Positions 24,070-38,004 of a DNA stretch of 64,000 nucleotides are shown here, piece by piece. The notes under the pieces are model-generated. The model searched no databases. It saw only the letters and a list, made by a program, of their open reading frames with translations, and was not told where the DNA came from. The position numbers and the translations under genes are program-made. Source of the DNA: Azolla caroliniana (taxonomy: Eukaryota > Plantae > Polypodiophyta); assembly GCA_043228905.1 (NCBI GenBank), contig JBHGNT010000012.1:5022001-5086000 (forward strand), in the 5' to 3' direction. Each line of letters opens with the position of its first letter. Position 1 is the stretch's first letter.

Positions 24070-27000
24070 CAGAGGTAGTTGTGGTCTCAACAACCTGCTC
24101 AACTTGCCTACATTGGAAGCTTCAACTCTCTCTCTGCGGACACCATGAGCTTTGGCCATCATTTGCTTGAACTTGGCAGTTGGCACCAGATGGTCATATA
24201 TAATGGTTTAGCCAAGTGGACAGGCTCGAAAGAGCTCACATGTTTCCCACATGGCGGAGGGTAAAGCACAATTGATTATCTAATAGGACGCCCTGAAGCT
24301 ACCCACATGATTAACTCCTTTTGGGTGGCCCCATGCCCTATTGGCGCGGATCATAGTTTCTTATACTTCGAGGTAAAATGTGATATCTCTACCATCACCA
24401 AATCTAGTCAACCACGCCATCACACCACAATACATTTCACATGAGCTCTCTAACATATACTCTCGACATGTTCAAGCCCATCTCTCCTCCCTTGATCCCT
24501 CCCTACCTTTAGAGAGCCTTAGTACGAAACTCACACACATCCTTCACTCCGCAACAGTTAGCAGTTTCACATATACATAAACACTCCAATCAAGGTAGAT
24601 TAGGATCTATGCCACAAAATAGATGGTATGATGAGGATTGTAGGAACTTACATAGAAAACTTACAATATCACAACTTAGTGATAGTATTACCTCAATACA
24701 AGCTTGCAAAGAAATGCACAAGATGACACATTGTAAGAGACAAGCATGGGAGGCATCCAAATATTGGGAACTCTACCATATGCTCATGAGTAGCGATTGC
24801 GCCACTGCATGGAAGAGATTACGGGAACCAAGACCACAAACACCCATCGAAGATCTCGAAACCTGGCACACATATACAGAGAGACTTTACCAAATCCCAA
24901 ACCAACCACCCATTCCAATGCCTTCTACACCCCGACCTACCGTGGGGACACTTTTCACGACCTCTAGGGCCGTGAAGGTCATAAAGAAATTACAACATAG
25001 GAAGTCCATGGACCACACAGGATTGCGAGTAGAACACATCATATATGTGAGAGAGTGCCTAGCTCCCTTGCTAACTCTAATATTCAATCGTGCCCTCACG
25101 AAGGGTTTTCCACCACAATGGACTATGAACACAGTGGCCCCCATACATAAAGGGGGGAACCCATGGACCCAAATACATATAGGACCATTATGATAGGTCA
25201 TACCCTTGCTAAATTATATGGTGCAGTAATGGAGGCAGAGCTTAGCGATTATATGGAGACCCTAAATCTTCGTGCACCTGAACAGGCTGGTTTTAGACGA
25301 GCCTTCTCCACTATTGATCATATATTCACACTTAGATGCTTAATTGACCAGACTAAGGCTCGCAAGAAGAAATTATATTGTTGTTTTGTGGACTTCCGCA
25401 AAGCCTTTCACACGGTCCCTAGAGAGTGGTTGTTTGATATGCTTAAAAACTTGAGGATACCAGATGACATGGTTAGGTCCATCTACGCACTATAGGAACA
25501 AGTGTCCGGGTGTGTTCAATGCCCAGGTGGCCTATACAATTGTTTCACTAGTACTATTGGTGCAAAACAAGGTTGCCCCCTATCTCTAACTCTTTTTGGG
25601 ATCTACATTGATGAGATGATGGATTTTATTGCTTGTAAGGGAGGCAACGGAGTAGTCCTTGGGGATACGCAAGTTTGTATCGTGCTCTATGTAGACAACA
25701 TACTTTTGCTCTCTGAGTCTGAACACGACCTACAAAGGCACCTTAATGCCTTAGATGACTTTTGCGCACAACGAGGATTGGCAGTGAATCTAGGGAAAAC
25801 TAAAGTCCTTATCTTCCACCCATTGGCCCAAGTTAGAGCTAAGTGTCACCTAACTATCTCCCATTGCCTAGTTGAGGTGGTTGGATCATATGTCTATCTC
25901 GGAGTCACTTTTAGTGTCCGCTTAGGTAAATTTTCGATGACACAAGCAACGAAGGATAGACTTACGAGAGGACATGCATCCCTCTCACTCCTCGAGAGAC
26001 AATGCCATCAAGCATACTTTCAAGAGTCATGGACTAAAGGGTGGCTCTTTGACTCATTAGTGACTCCCTCCCTCATGTATGCATCAGTGGTTTGGGCTCC
26101 AAGACTACCATCTTTCATGTGGATGCAATTAGAGAGACCATTGGTGATAATGTTATCATGCCAACTCCGAAGCAAATCGACAGTACCACATGACATTATT
26201 AGGGTTGAGTTCACTTTACCCCCAACGTTAGTAGAGGCACTTTTTCAACTTGTAGTCTTTATCCACAAGATACATAGCCAACCACATGATAGAATATCCC
26301 ATCAAGCCTTTAAGGCCTCTCGATCACTGTATGAGTTTAACTATACTAGCTCATGGTATGGCATGGTGGTGAGTTGGCTTCTTGAGAACGGGCTAGACAT
26401 TAATAACCTCCCTCCCCTTAGGTACAACCACGCGATTGATAACAGTTTAATCACTCATGAGGACCACAATAAAGTAATACGCCAAGAAATATGGAAAATT
26501 TACACTCGGTACAAATGGATCACACCACTAGAGCCACTCCCATTTAAAATGTTGTACTATAAGGAACACTTCATGCACTTCTCTAAGTTAGGTTTTATTA
26601 CGGAACCAAAATATCTAGATGTATTCTTACCACATGCAGTAAGGGTTGCCATTGGACAACTTAGAATATCATCTCACCAACTTGAGATTGAGAATGGCCG
26701 TACTAATGGAGTCCCTAGGGAGGAAAGGATATGTAGGTTATACCACATAGAGATAGAGATGAGTACCACTTTACATGAAAGTGTCCCACCTACGCTGAGA
26801 TAAGGGCAAAATACCAAGACATACTTGGTTCCTCTCCTACCCTCCCCAAACTATTAGATACTCTAGATATAAAGAAATTAGGCAGATACATCCTAGAGCT
26901 AAAACAACACATACAGAATAAGTTACAAAATGTTGACAATAATGTTACTAATGCTCACCAACATGTAAGAAATGAAGTTTTCCAGGAACATGGGGAGACA

Positions 27001-27255
27001 ACGAATGTCGACACACCTGCACCACTCGGCCTTTTCCTTGATGAAACAAAAAACCAAAGAAGAACCAAACGCCCTCAGATGTCGGGTTTCAAAGCAACTC
27101 AACGTGGTGTAGAAGCAATAAAGAAAATAAGGGAACGTGAGCTACACCGCCTATAAGCCATGGCTGGGGCAGTTTATACATTGAGACCATGGGTCACACC
27201 CACACCAAAACCCTTTGACCTCCCACTTATTTTCGAGAGGCTTGGGTGGAAATGA
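24070..27255 (+). mobile_element. 5'-truncated non-LTR retrotransposon, RTE/RTEX-like ORF2 (EN tail, RT, C-terminal domain)
   Basis: STIDY..ADH; WYDEDC; EQAGFRRAFSTIDHIF; FVDFRKAF; KQGCPLS; LYVDN; YVYLG; QLRISSHQLEIENGR..PREERIC. Few disablements. Ends are approximate. Confidence 0.88.
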
Positions 27256-27594
27256 AATTAGGCTTAGTGCGAAGTCACTTCCTTTTATCGAGTATACCAC
27301 GTTTTGTACACTACTAGAACCATAAACCAATAACCCTCACCTTATGACTCTCAAACCTTACCATTTACCCTATACTTGTAATATATATTGAAGTAGTATT
27401 GTATGGTTTAAACCATAAAACCATATATGTAGTGTACTACATGTGCACCATATAGCATATTACATTGGCAAGAGAGGACTTGAACCAACAACATCTATCT
27501 TACAAGTCTCAAAACTTACCATTTACCCAATATCTATGATCTGTATATCTATATATGTTATATCACTTGATTTTATAATGTATAGTCTAAACCA

Positions 27595-29905
27595 TGTAAT
27601 GCACTACATGTGCCCCATATAACACACATTCCAGAGCCCTCTCTGCATGTGTGACATATGGCCCACATGCAAAACCCTCCCCTTCCTATAAAAGGAGAAG
27701 GGAGTATAGTCACAAGGATATGGAAGGAATGGAAATCGAAGAACTATATTATATGATATATGAAGAGAATCAAATAGAATTATATTACATAAGAGATATC
27801 ATAGGATAGAAAGAGCAAGAGAAACAGAAGACACAAGACAAGAGCTAGCTTGGCGGTTGTGGTGCTCAACTTGCAACGAAAGGGTGGCAATTCGATTCTT
27901 ATTTTCATCGAAATATTGAAGTGAAGATTGTTATCAAGAAAGAGAAGAGTGATTACCTTGTGAGACAAAGTTTGAAAGTTCAACGACGCTCGCAACCATT
28001 TTGTAACTCTTTCATTAAATAATTATAAATTTCTTTTATTCCTTCAAATATCATTCTATATCTTATCTTGTCATATCTTATTGATCTCTATTTACTATAT
28101 CTCTACTCTTTCGTCTCTTCCGCCCATAATCCCAGTGATTCCTTCCTCACTTTCACGATAACTCTTGTCTACGCTACGCTTCTGGGCGAGCCACGCCACG
28201 ACACAATTTGGTGAAACCAACGTGAAACAGGAAAGTAGAAGAGACATCTGAAGTAAAGATCAACATCAACATGGAAAGTATGAGTACAATGGATCTGGTA
28301 AGGTTGTTTATTGAAAATTTGAATCAAGATCAATTATTTCATGCCTTACGAGAAGTCCGCGAGAAGATTGGTGTGTTTGATGGCACAAATATTTCAAAGT
28401 ATGTCAATATATATTATGATGAAATGGAAATGTCTGGTGTGAATGATGTCAATATGATAGCAAACTTTTATAAATTAGTGGAAATGGAATTAAGAGATAG
28501 AATTCGTGAAATACAAGCATTGCATAGTTTGGATTGGAATGCATTCAAAGAAGCACTTGTGTCGGAATATTCTCGTGAAGATTTCTCTCAAATTACTATG
28601 CGTTCATTCCATGAATGGGTCTTAAAAGAAGATAAAGGAGTTTGACAGATTGTATGGACACTTAAAGCCAGAAGAAAGAAATTCTTTGTCTTGGCAAAAG
28701 GTTGCTTTATTTTTGCATGCAGTTGACAAGAGATATAGAACGGAGTTGGAACTTGTGCTTGAGGTACCAAATACCGAGGATGGTATAACTGCAAATTGGA
28801 ATGAGGTAACAAATGCTTGTAAAAAATTTATGAAAAGAATGCAAAGGAATGGTGCAATGCTACAAATACCACATGTGGGAATCACGAATCGGCTCGAGCA
28901 AAACATCAAAGTTCAAAGACTTGGCTGAGAACCATCTCACGAAACGGTGCATCAACAACGCGAGGTGACCAGAACTAAGAGTGAGTCTTTGCTTGATGAT
29001 TTAGTTCAAAATATGAAAGATTTAACAATTAAAGTGGCAAAGCTTGAGAATGGTCAGACTTCGAGGTCAAGGGAACCATTTTGACCTCGATGCATGTGGT
29101 GTGATAGTCTCGAACATTGATTACGTGATTGTGCGGAATATAAAGACATGGAAAATCGAGACTTGGTCTATTGGAAAAATGGTAGCATTTACTTAATTGA
29201 AACTAGAAGTCCACTTACAAAGAACTTTGGTGATGGTGGTGTTAAGGTTAAGTTTGAAGACGCTGAAGCAAAAAAAGCTTCCGCAATGTACTACTCGGCA
29301 ACAACAGGATTGCATCTTGATGACACGCCATGCCGATCATCATTATGGGAGAAGGTTGTAAGTTCTACACAAAAGCAAACGACGAACTCCACAGTTTATG
29401 ACAGTTCGCCTAAATCATGAGCGGAACAAGCAAGAGCTTCTTGATCATTCGATACCAAAAGAATGTGATTATCTTGATAATCAGGTTTTTGACTAGGACT
29501 ATTGCAAATGAGGGTTGCAATAGTCCCATTATTAAAAGACCCTCACGTAGGGCATTACAACATATGAATAAGTCATTTCATGTTTCTGAAAGTGATGCTA
29601 TATGTGTGACTAGGATGTATGAATGCAAGAGGAACTTGAAAAAGAATGCTAATTTGTTTCAACAGGCATTAAAGGATAATGGAGTACTTGAAATGGAAGA
29701 GCACATTGAAAGTGTTATGGAAGAAATTTCTTTTGCAAATACTATAGAAGAGTTAGAAATGTATTTGAAAGAAGATGATGAGAGTGTTAGAAAGATACAT
29801 GTAAACTCAATTGATATGTATTATGCGATTGATAGGTATAATTGTAAATATGAAGAAGTAGAAAGTTTATGTAATAAAAAATACAAAACAATAGATAAAA
29901 AGGTC
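27595..29905 (+). mobile_element. Truncated gypsy element (LTR about 27595-28203, tRNA-Trp-type PBS, gag), an AT-rich relative of 37275-45060
   Basis: LTR ends CACGACA; PBS TGGTGAAACCAACGTGA at 28209. Gag IGVFDGTNISKY matches IGRFDGKDATSY, and KYKTIDKKV matches KYKTVDQKV. The LTR start is uncertain. Confidence 0.8.
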
Positions 29906-31803
29906 ACCTCATAGGAAAGCGATTGGTTGTAGATGGATCTATAAGGTCAAATACAATGCCGATGGATCCGTAAATCGCTTCAAAGCATGACTCGTCGCAA
30001 AAGGATATGCACTAATGCACATAGTTGATTACAAGGAGACCTTTGCCTTGGTGGCGAAGATGACGATTGTTCGAATAGTCATAGCTCTCGTAGCCGCAAA
30101 AGGGTGGCACCTCCACCAAATGGATGTCAAGAAAGCCTTTCTTCAAGGCGAATTGGAAGAGGAGGTGTATATGATACAACCACCCAGCTTCGAATCACGT
30201 TCTCATCTGAAAGTTATGTGCCGACTCAAGAAGCCGATCTATGGCCTCAAGCAAGCACCGCATGCTTGGCATTTTAAGATCACTCAATATCTTCACCAAA
30301 TCAGCTTTCAAATGTTGAAATCGGACAACTCCCTATACGTCCAAAATGAGCCGAACAACCCGATTATCATTATCATATACGTGGATGATCTAGTAATCGG
30401 AGGAAAGGATCTCGCCGAGATTATTAAGGTCAAATCACTTCTATCCGGCAGATTCGAAATGAAAGACCTGCATGAGCTCCATTACTTCCTTGGCATCAAA
30501 GTAATTCGAACACCGATCGGGATACTGATCTCTCAATCGCATTACGTTCTCAACTTACTCTACAAGTTCGGAATGACCGAGTGCAAACCCGTGTCTACCC
30601 CTCTCAACCGAAATCTCAAGCTCGATGTCGATTTGGGCACAACCGAGTGTGATTTGACTCAATATCGACAACTGATCAACAATCTAATTAATCTAACCAT
30701 CACACGACCCGACCTCAGCTATTCAGTTGGCCTACGTAGCCAATTCATGTAGAACCCATGAAATGATCATCTTGATTGCGCTAAGAGGATACTTCGGTGT
30801 GTCAATACAACGATGGATTACGTACGACATCATGTATAAGTTGAATACGCTTATTTGACTCAAGGGGTACACAAACACAAATTGGGCCGACTATAAGGCC
30901 GATAGACAATCGACTTTCAGTTTGTCTTCTCCCTCGGTTGTGGAATGATGTCCTGGAGTAGTAAGAAGCAACCAACAGTCGCACTATCAAGCACGGAAGC
31001 CGAATATAGGGCCGCAACAGTCGTCGCATGTGAAGCTGTATGGCTCAAGTGTATCCTGAAGGATCTGGGCACACCCATCAAGGATCCAATTCGCCTATAC
31101 TGCGACAACATGAGCAATATCTACTTGGCTCGGAACCCCGTGTTCCACACGTGGACTAAACACATCGAAGTACACTATCATTTCATCTGCAAGCGTGTAC
31201 AAGCCAGAGATGTCAACCTACAACACATCAACATGAATCTTCAAGTGGCCAACATCTTCACAAATGTCATGGGTATCGACAAGTTGCGGCAATTCGCGAC
31301 GAGGCTTGGCCTCTCGATCATCGACCAGTCGAACTTGAGGGGGAGTACAACATCAACTGCCACTGAATAATAGTTGACAGAAGGAGTCGAAGTGCGAACA
31401 GAGGAGTTGAAGCTAACCAGAGGAGTCGAAGTATGAACAAACAATCGAACAACTGAACACAGAGAATTGAACAATCAAAATCGTAAGTTGTGTCGGAATC
31501 AAAGTTTTTGAAGATTGAACCGAAACAACTTTTCGGCATCTAGAAGTTGTGTTCGAAGGGGCATGTTGAGAATCGAACTCAACTTCCCATAGGAATAATG
31601 TTCACACTAGTCGGTGGACAACTTACTAGGACATTTTTGTAATTAGTAGAAAGGGCATTTGCCCTAGAGTAGTTGGTATTTAAACCAACCTTTTGTAACT
31701 TAGTTACTGTTGGATGTCATATACAGTTTCTTGTTTGGAGCTCTCACACTCTCTCTCATTCTCTCTTGTGCACATACACACACACACACACAATCCTTCC
31801 ACA
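29906..31803 (+). mobile_element. 3' half of a Ty1/copia element (RT, RNase H, PPT, 3' LTR from 31564)
   Basis: [52 protein letters not shown] precedes TGTTGAG. The LTR end is approximate. Confidence 0.9.
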
Positions 31804-32039
31804 CCAAGTAGATATTGCTCATGTTGTCGCAGTATAGGCGAATTGGATGTTGCAAAAATGCCTTATTTACAAAAATGTTGCAAAAATGCCTTATTTACAA
31901 AGTAATCTAGTGATGCATCATGAATCAAGTTATATACCAAACCATTTTTCCATATCTTGCATTCAACCATAACACAAGAATTTGTTTTTATGTGACTTTT
32001 GGATCTTTTTATTTGCTTCCCATGTGATTCTAAAAGTTG

Positions 32040-32672
32040 ATGTGAAGATGTTAGAGCTTAATCCTAATGTAAGCATATGACAAGGAAATAATAGATAGAT
32101 AGATTAGAGAGGAGTTTGAGAGAAAGAAGGGTGTCGATCCACCTGACCCTCGAGCGAAGGGATCAAGATGGACTCAAGCCTCGATCAGCATCCCCTACCA
32201 CCGTCGTGGCGTCAAGTCGTACGTGGTGCTATCACGCTCACTACAAGAGTCTCTTCACCACATGATCAGAGTCTCGACGTAGTCAAAATGATGTGTTAAT
32301 GAGGGTAGTTAGGCCTCATATTTATAGCCAAACCTAAGGCTCCCAATCAAGTTCACACTTGGCCTTATGGGTTGTCTCAATCCCTAGGATTAAAAGTAAT
32401 CCTCCCTTCTTTACAGTCTTGGTTAACCTTCACACTTTATCCACGTGTATAGAATACTACTGTACAATCTTACCACGAGATAATTTATGGTCATGCCTGT
32501 AACATACTCCCCTTGTTTAAAACATTGCACTCTTGCAATGAAAAGATAGGGAAGTATGTTCTCGTTCCCATGTAACATCTTTGATAGACTTATCCATCCA
32601 TTTAATTTTAAATTCTCCGATTATTTTAGAACACAAATGTTTTGTTTTTGAAATGAATTATGTGTGGAAGGC
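32040..32672 (-). mobile_element. 3' end of a chromovirus (chromodomain remnant, PPT, 3' LTR ending at 32504)
   Basis: Minus-strand EFKIKWMDKSIKDVTWERE resembles the chromodomain motif YLVKW...TWE. It is followed by AAACAAGGGGAGTA and then TGTTACAGG. Confidence 0.7.
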
Positions 32673-34273
32673 TGTAGATGAAACTGGCTTCATTGGATAG
32701 CAACAGAGAATGTGCACAGGTTTAATGGAAAGCTTAGACACATAGAGAGAGTACCCAAGAGAGACAAAGAGAGTAGACCAACATCAACTTGATTAAAAAT
32801 AGTAACACTTTGTACATACAATGTCCTACAGAACACTTTTTATACAAGTCCTTAAAAGGACTGACATGTACTTCAATGCCCATACGAGTAACTGACACAT
32901 ACTCCCATATGCCTACGTACTAGGCTAGATTCGTAGGCCTCTAACGATCTACCGGTTCATACTGATCTGGATTACAATCCAACTCTTCGATCCGACTCCT
33001 GGTTCCAGACACCGATTCGGTTCTTTGATTCGAACTCTGATCCGGCTCTGGATTATTTAACCGATCCGGATCTGATTGATCTTGTCTGTTCAACACTTCC
33101 CCTCAAGCTCAACTTGAGGTCGGATTGTGGTGTCAATGTTTGCCGGTCCTTTTCTCCTGCTCCTCCTGGCATCTTCCCGCCTTGCTCACGCTGCTCGACC
33201 CGTCCAGTTTGGTGCACCTCGACCTTCTTGGTCGGCTTGCCTACTCAAAAGGCCCATCTCAACTTCTTTGTTACTTTGACTTTGGCGCTTCCTGACCTGT
33301 TGGCTCCTATGTGTCGGCGTCGACTTCCACTGCCTTCTAGTCTGCTTGGCCTTCAACAGATCCGGCTTCTCCAAATCAAACCATTGAACCGAATCGGTTG
33401 CCTCTTATTCGTTCCCGCTCTTGTCCGAGTTGGTTGTCTCCAACTCGTCCTTGATCTTTAGGCCTTTCACAACATCGGACCATGTTTGAGTCTTGGCCTT
33501 CTTCTTTTGGTCGGCTCTGTCCTTCTTGACTTTGCTATTGTCGCTGCTTGTTCCGACTTGTTCGGATGTGCCGACTTCCTCAGTCAACTCGACTCCCTTT
33601 TTCTTCTTGTCTCCCCTTGTTTCGGTTTTTGTCTGGTTCTCCTCGTATCAATATCGGTTCTCCCCCTCAAGTGCGGCATGTCAAGATGTTATAGCCAAAG
33701 CATCTCCAAAAAATGCTACAACTTATCGGTTCCAAGTGCCTTGGTGAAGATGTTGGCAACCTGCCGATCCGTCCGAACATACCGAAGTTCAACTTCACCG
33801 TCGAGGACTCACTCGCACACAAAGTGATAATACACTTCTATGTGATTTGTCCAAGCATGGGACAAAGTATTTTTGGTGAGCAACGTGTTGCTCATGTTGT
33901 CATAGTAGATCGGGATCGGAGTCGGGACTTCGATCCGGAGGTCTTGCATTAGCCCCCGAAGCTAGGTGGCTTCATAGGTGGCAACGGTAGCTCCTCGATA
34001 CTTAGGCTCAGTGCTCGAAAGAGCCATTGTCGACTACTTCTTGTTGGTCCACGCAACATCCGTGCTACCAAGAGAGAACATAAATCCGGAAGTTGACCGA
34101 CGATCCGATGCATCACTAGATCTGTCAGCATCTGTATATCCGACTAGCTTTTCGGTTATACCGTTTTGGTATAACAGTCCCCCCGGTCCTTAGTGTCGTT
34201 AACATACGTCAGTATTTGGTGCGGGCACTAAAGGTGCTCTACTATTGGCTTCTGCATAAACTAACTTATCACT
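32673..34273 (-). mobile_element. 3' part of a copia element (RNase H, 3' region, PPT, LTR 32673-33095)
   Basis: RQVANIFTK and LSSTE motifs; PPT GCTTGAGGGGAAG. The LTR ends TCTACA on the minus strand, like the family at 56210. Confidence 0.85.
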
Positions 34274-35906
34274 TGTGAGATATGGTGTTCTGAATGTACA
34301 CGGAAGTATGTGAGGACCTGTCTGTTATGCACAACAGACAACACAGGTAGTATGACAGAGGAAATAGTAGATAGACAATCTTGAAGCTTTAATGGAAGCT
34401 CTCGTTATTTTTGCAACTCTCTCTCTCTCTCTACAAGACTCAAGATTCAAGAAGAAGAAGAAGCAACACATATTACAACATTAGGTTAGGGCTTATATAC
34501 TCAAGCCCTAACTATTGGACGTGTTCACACTAGTAAGGATACAAAGTGGACGGAGTCGGCCTTTTATGCCAACAAACTCCCCCGTAAAAGGGCTGATCTT
34601 TCTATTTACAATTGTATGGGGTTATCTCCCTTGTAAACCTAGATTACATTTTTAATCTAAAGCTATAGTTACAAATCAGTCGGCATCTAGCCGAGTCAGC
34701 AGGGATAATGTTGGTATTCTGCCCAACCTCCTGCTTTGTGTTCGGCTTTCTTCTCCTCGGTCGCTTCTCGTAGTCCCATCTTTGTTCGTAGTGCTCCGAA
34801 GTGTTGATCTGGGAGTGGCTTTGTCAGGCAATCGACGATGTTCACCTTAGTGTCGATCTTCCGGACTTCGAGCTTCTTCTCGGTTACAAGTTCCCGGATA
34901 TGATGATACCGCACCTCAATATGCTTTGCCTTCGCATGATAGACAGGATTATTGATGAGGTGTATTGCGTTCTATGAGTCGCAGTAGATGGTCGATCCGA
35001 CTTGTTGCTGAGAAGTCAACTGACAATTGGTGTAGCCAGATTGCTTCCTTTGCTGCCTCTGATGTTGCTATGTACTCGACATCTGTGGTTGATAGGGCCG
35101 TGCACTCTTGCAGCTTCGACCTCCATGATATGGCGCTGCCACTATAGGTGAAAACATAGCCTATTGTTGACATCCGATTGTCCGAATTTCCGGTGTAGTC
35201 AGAGTTGGTGTAGCCTTCGACTTTGGTCGGATTTGTCGATCCGAAAGTCAGCTAGGCATCTTTGGTCCCTCTTAGATACCTGAAGATATGCTTCACGGCC
35301 TCCCAATGCTTCTGTCCTGGGTTTGACATGTACCGGTTGACAACCCCTACGCCATATGCAAGGTTGGGTTGAGTCGCTACCATCGCGTACATAGTACTTC
35401 CTATTGTCGATGCATAGGGTATCTTTCCATTAAGCTCTTTCTCCTCGTTCGTCGAAGGAGAGTCTCTGTCCGATAGTCGGATCGACTTCGGAAGCAGTGT
35501 TGGTGTTGGCTTGGCATTTTCCATGTTGAAGCGTCTCAACACCTTTCAGATGTAGTCAGATTGAGAAAGTCAAAGAGTCTTTGTCTTCCGATTTTGCTCT
35601 ATCCTCATGCCCAATATATGTAGGGCTTGTCCAAGTTCCTTCAACGCAAACTTGTCGTGAAGACTTTGCTTTAACTTTCCAATTTCAACTTGATTGCTCC
35701 TTGCAATCAACATGTCGTCGATGTATAGGATCAGATAGATCCGGGACTCGTTGGTCAAATGCTGAACATATAGACATGGGTCGGGGTTGGATCGGCGGTA
35801 TCCAAGCTGCCTGATGTAGGAGTTGAACTTATGGTACCACATCCTCGACACTTGTTTTAGGCCATAGAGACTTTTCTTCAGTTGACATATGAGGTGACCT
35901 TCCTCA
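34274..35906 (-). mobile_element. 3' part of another copia element (RT, RNase H, PPT, LTR 34274-34574)
   Basis: LYGLKQ, LYIDDML, ISWRSKLQ and RYHHIRE motifs. ACGGGGGAGTT precedes TGTTGGC. Confidence 0.88.
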
Positions 35907-37743
35907 TGTAAGGAATAAAACTTGACCACAACCGAGCTTTATACACTTAATGGAAATATCTATAAAGGACACGAGATGTTTACGTGGAAAACCCTAATAG
36001 GGAAAAACCACGGGAGCCCGTAGACTCCAACTATCACTATAGGTGAAAAGAGTACAATGGGAGACTCAGAGGCAACGACCTCGAGCTTTGTATCTTCGCC
36101 AACCGGCGGTTACAATAGAAACTAGTTCTGTATCTCTCGCTCACGCTCTCTCTATATACAACAATGATACAACTAACAACAACATTTGAAGTGATTTCCC
36201 TAAGTCATATTTATACTTATATGAATTTAAGACTATTTACAAATATAGCCTTTATAGGCACACCAAAAACATATTTGCAAATATGTCCCTAGATTCGGTT
36301 CACACTGGATCCATCCGGATACCTCCCGGTCTGGTCCGGTTGCTGCATCCGGTCTGGTTCCTTCCTTCGGCTCGTCTGGTTCTCATTTGAATCCTATCTG
36401 GAGGACCGAGTTCCCAACAAAATCCCCCTTCACTCCGGCATGGGATTTCTCGTTAGTCCGATCCATCTCCGACACGTGTCCATTTTGTCGGTTGACAACA
36501 CCTTGGTCAACATATCCGACCCGTTCTCCTCCGTGTGGATCTTCGTTAGTACGAAGTCTTGATCTTCTACCTTCTCCCAAAGCTAGTGATATCTTCTCTG
36601 GATGTGCTTGGTTCGGGAATGGTAGGTTGCGTTCTTAGCAAGGTGGGTGGCACTTTGGCTGTCGCAGTAGAGTTGATATTCCTCATATCGGATCTCTAGC
36701 TCTCCGGTGAAGTCCTTCATCCAGATTACTTCCTTGCCAGCTTCCACAACTGCCATATACTCCGCTTCCATTTTTGACAGTGCAACGGACTTTTCAAGCC
36801 TCGACTACCACGATACGGCTCCCCTTGCATATGTCATGACGTATTTGGATGTGGACCGGCTGGTGTCCGCATCAACCGACATATCCAAATCTGTAAAGCC
36901 TTCCAGTTGGGGTTTACTTGAGCCGAACTGGAGGTACATACTCGAGGTGCCTTTCAAGTACCGGAGTATCCACTTGACCGCGTTCCAGTGTTCTCTTCCC
37001 GGATTGCTCATGAACCGACTGACCACTCCGAATGCGTATTCGATATTTGGTCAGGTGCACACCATCACGTACATCAAACTTCTGACGGCAGAGGCATATG
37101 GTATCTTCATCATACTCGACTTCTCTAGCTTTGTCTACGGGCTCTGCTTTCCAGACAACTTGCAGTTTTGCCAGAAGTGTTGACCCGACCGGTTTCGCAT
37201 CTGTCGTGTTGAACCTTTGGAGCACCTTTGTCACGTACTTCTCCTGTGACAACCATAGCAATTTCTTCGACTGGTGTTGTGGAGAAAACCGTCCCTAGGA
37301 GGAATCGGTGATAGTGTGCATAAACCAACCCTTACACATGGGCACATGTTTTGATGTATTTACATAGTTAAGTACAGGTCGACGATGTAATTATCCTAGG
37401 AAGCACGAATTCATTAAGTAGGGAATCGAAGAGGATCTTTGTCTGAAAGAACAGAGAATAAAAGTGATGTAATAGTCTGTAACAACTCTCTCTCCTTGTG
37501 CTATAAAAGAAGAGGAAAAGGGGCTGAGTGGATATCGCGTTTTTGAGGAAGAAGTGCTGTCGGACTGAAACCAAGCTCTTCTCCTCTTTTTTTCGTCGTT
37601 CTCTGCAGGTTGGGAGGCTGCCTCTATTTTCGCGGAAAGCCCAAGTGCTTCCGATAGAGGCTCCATCTCTTGTTGTCGTGTGTGCTGTGTGAGTTAGTGT
37701 CAGTGAGTTGGCACTTACCAGCTAGCCGACTGTAATTTTGGTT

Positions 37744-37820
37744 ATATATTCATATATTCATATATTCATATATTCATATATTCATATATTCATATATTCA
37801 TATATTCATATATTCATATA
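37744..37820 (+). repeat. (TATATTCA)n minisatellite, expanded only in the 5' LTR
   Basis: About 9 units at this locus versus 1-2 in the 3' LTR. Confidence 0.9.
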
Positions 37821-37987
37821 TACATTTTCCTTATTCGTTGTTCGACCTTGTTTGTGAGTTCTCTGTGAATCTGTGTGCGCGGCTTGACCGTGGTTTCGTA
37901 GTGCTCCTCCCCTCTATTCCCCGGTTCAGGGCCCCCGCGGTCCCGCCTTGGTTTCTCCTGCATGTGGAGAATAACACGACATTAATT

Positions 37988-38004
37988 TGGTGAACCCGAC
38001 ATGA
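37988..38004 (+). promoter_or_regulatory. PBS complementary to tRNA-Trp
   Basis: TGGTGAACCCGACATGA versus the recalled plant tRNA-Trp complement TGGTGAACCCGACGTGA. Confidence 0.85.

Noticed and set aside
23836-24070. Host exon flanking the copia (continuous with 18880-19012)
   Set aside because: No sustained frame or identifiable motif was found, so it is left unannotated.
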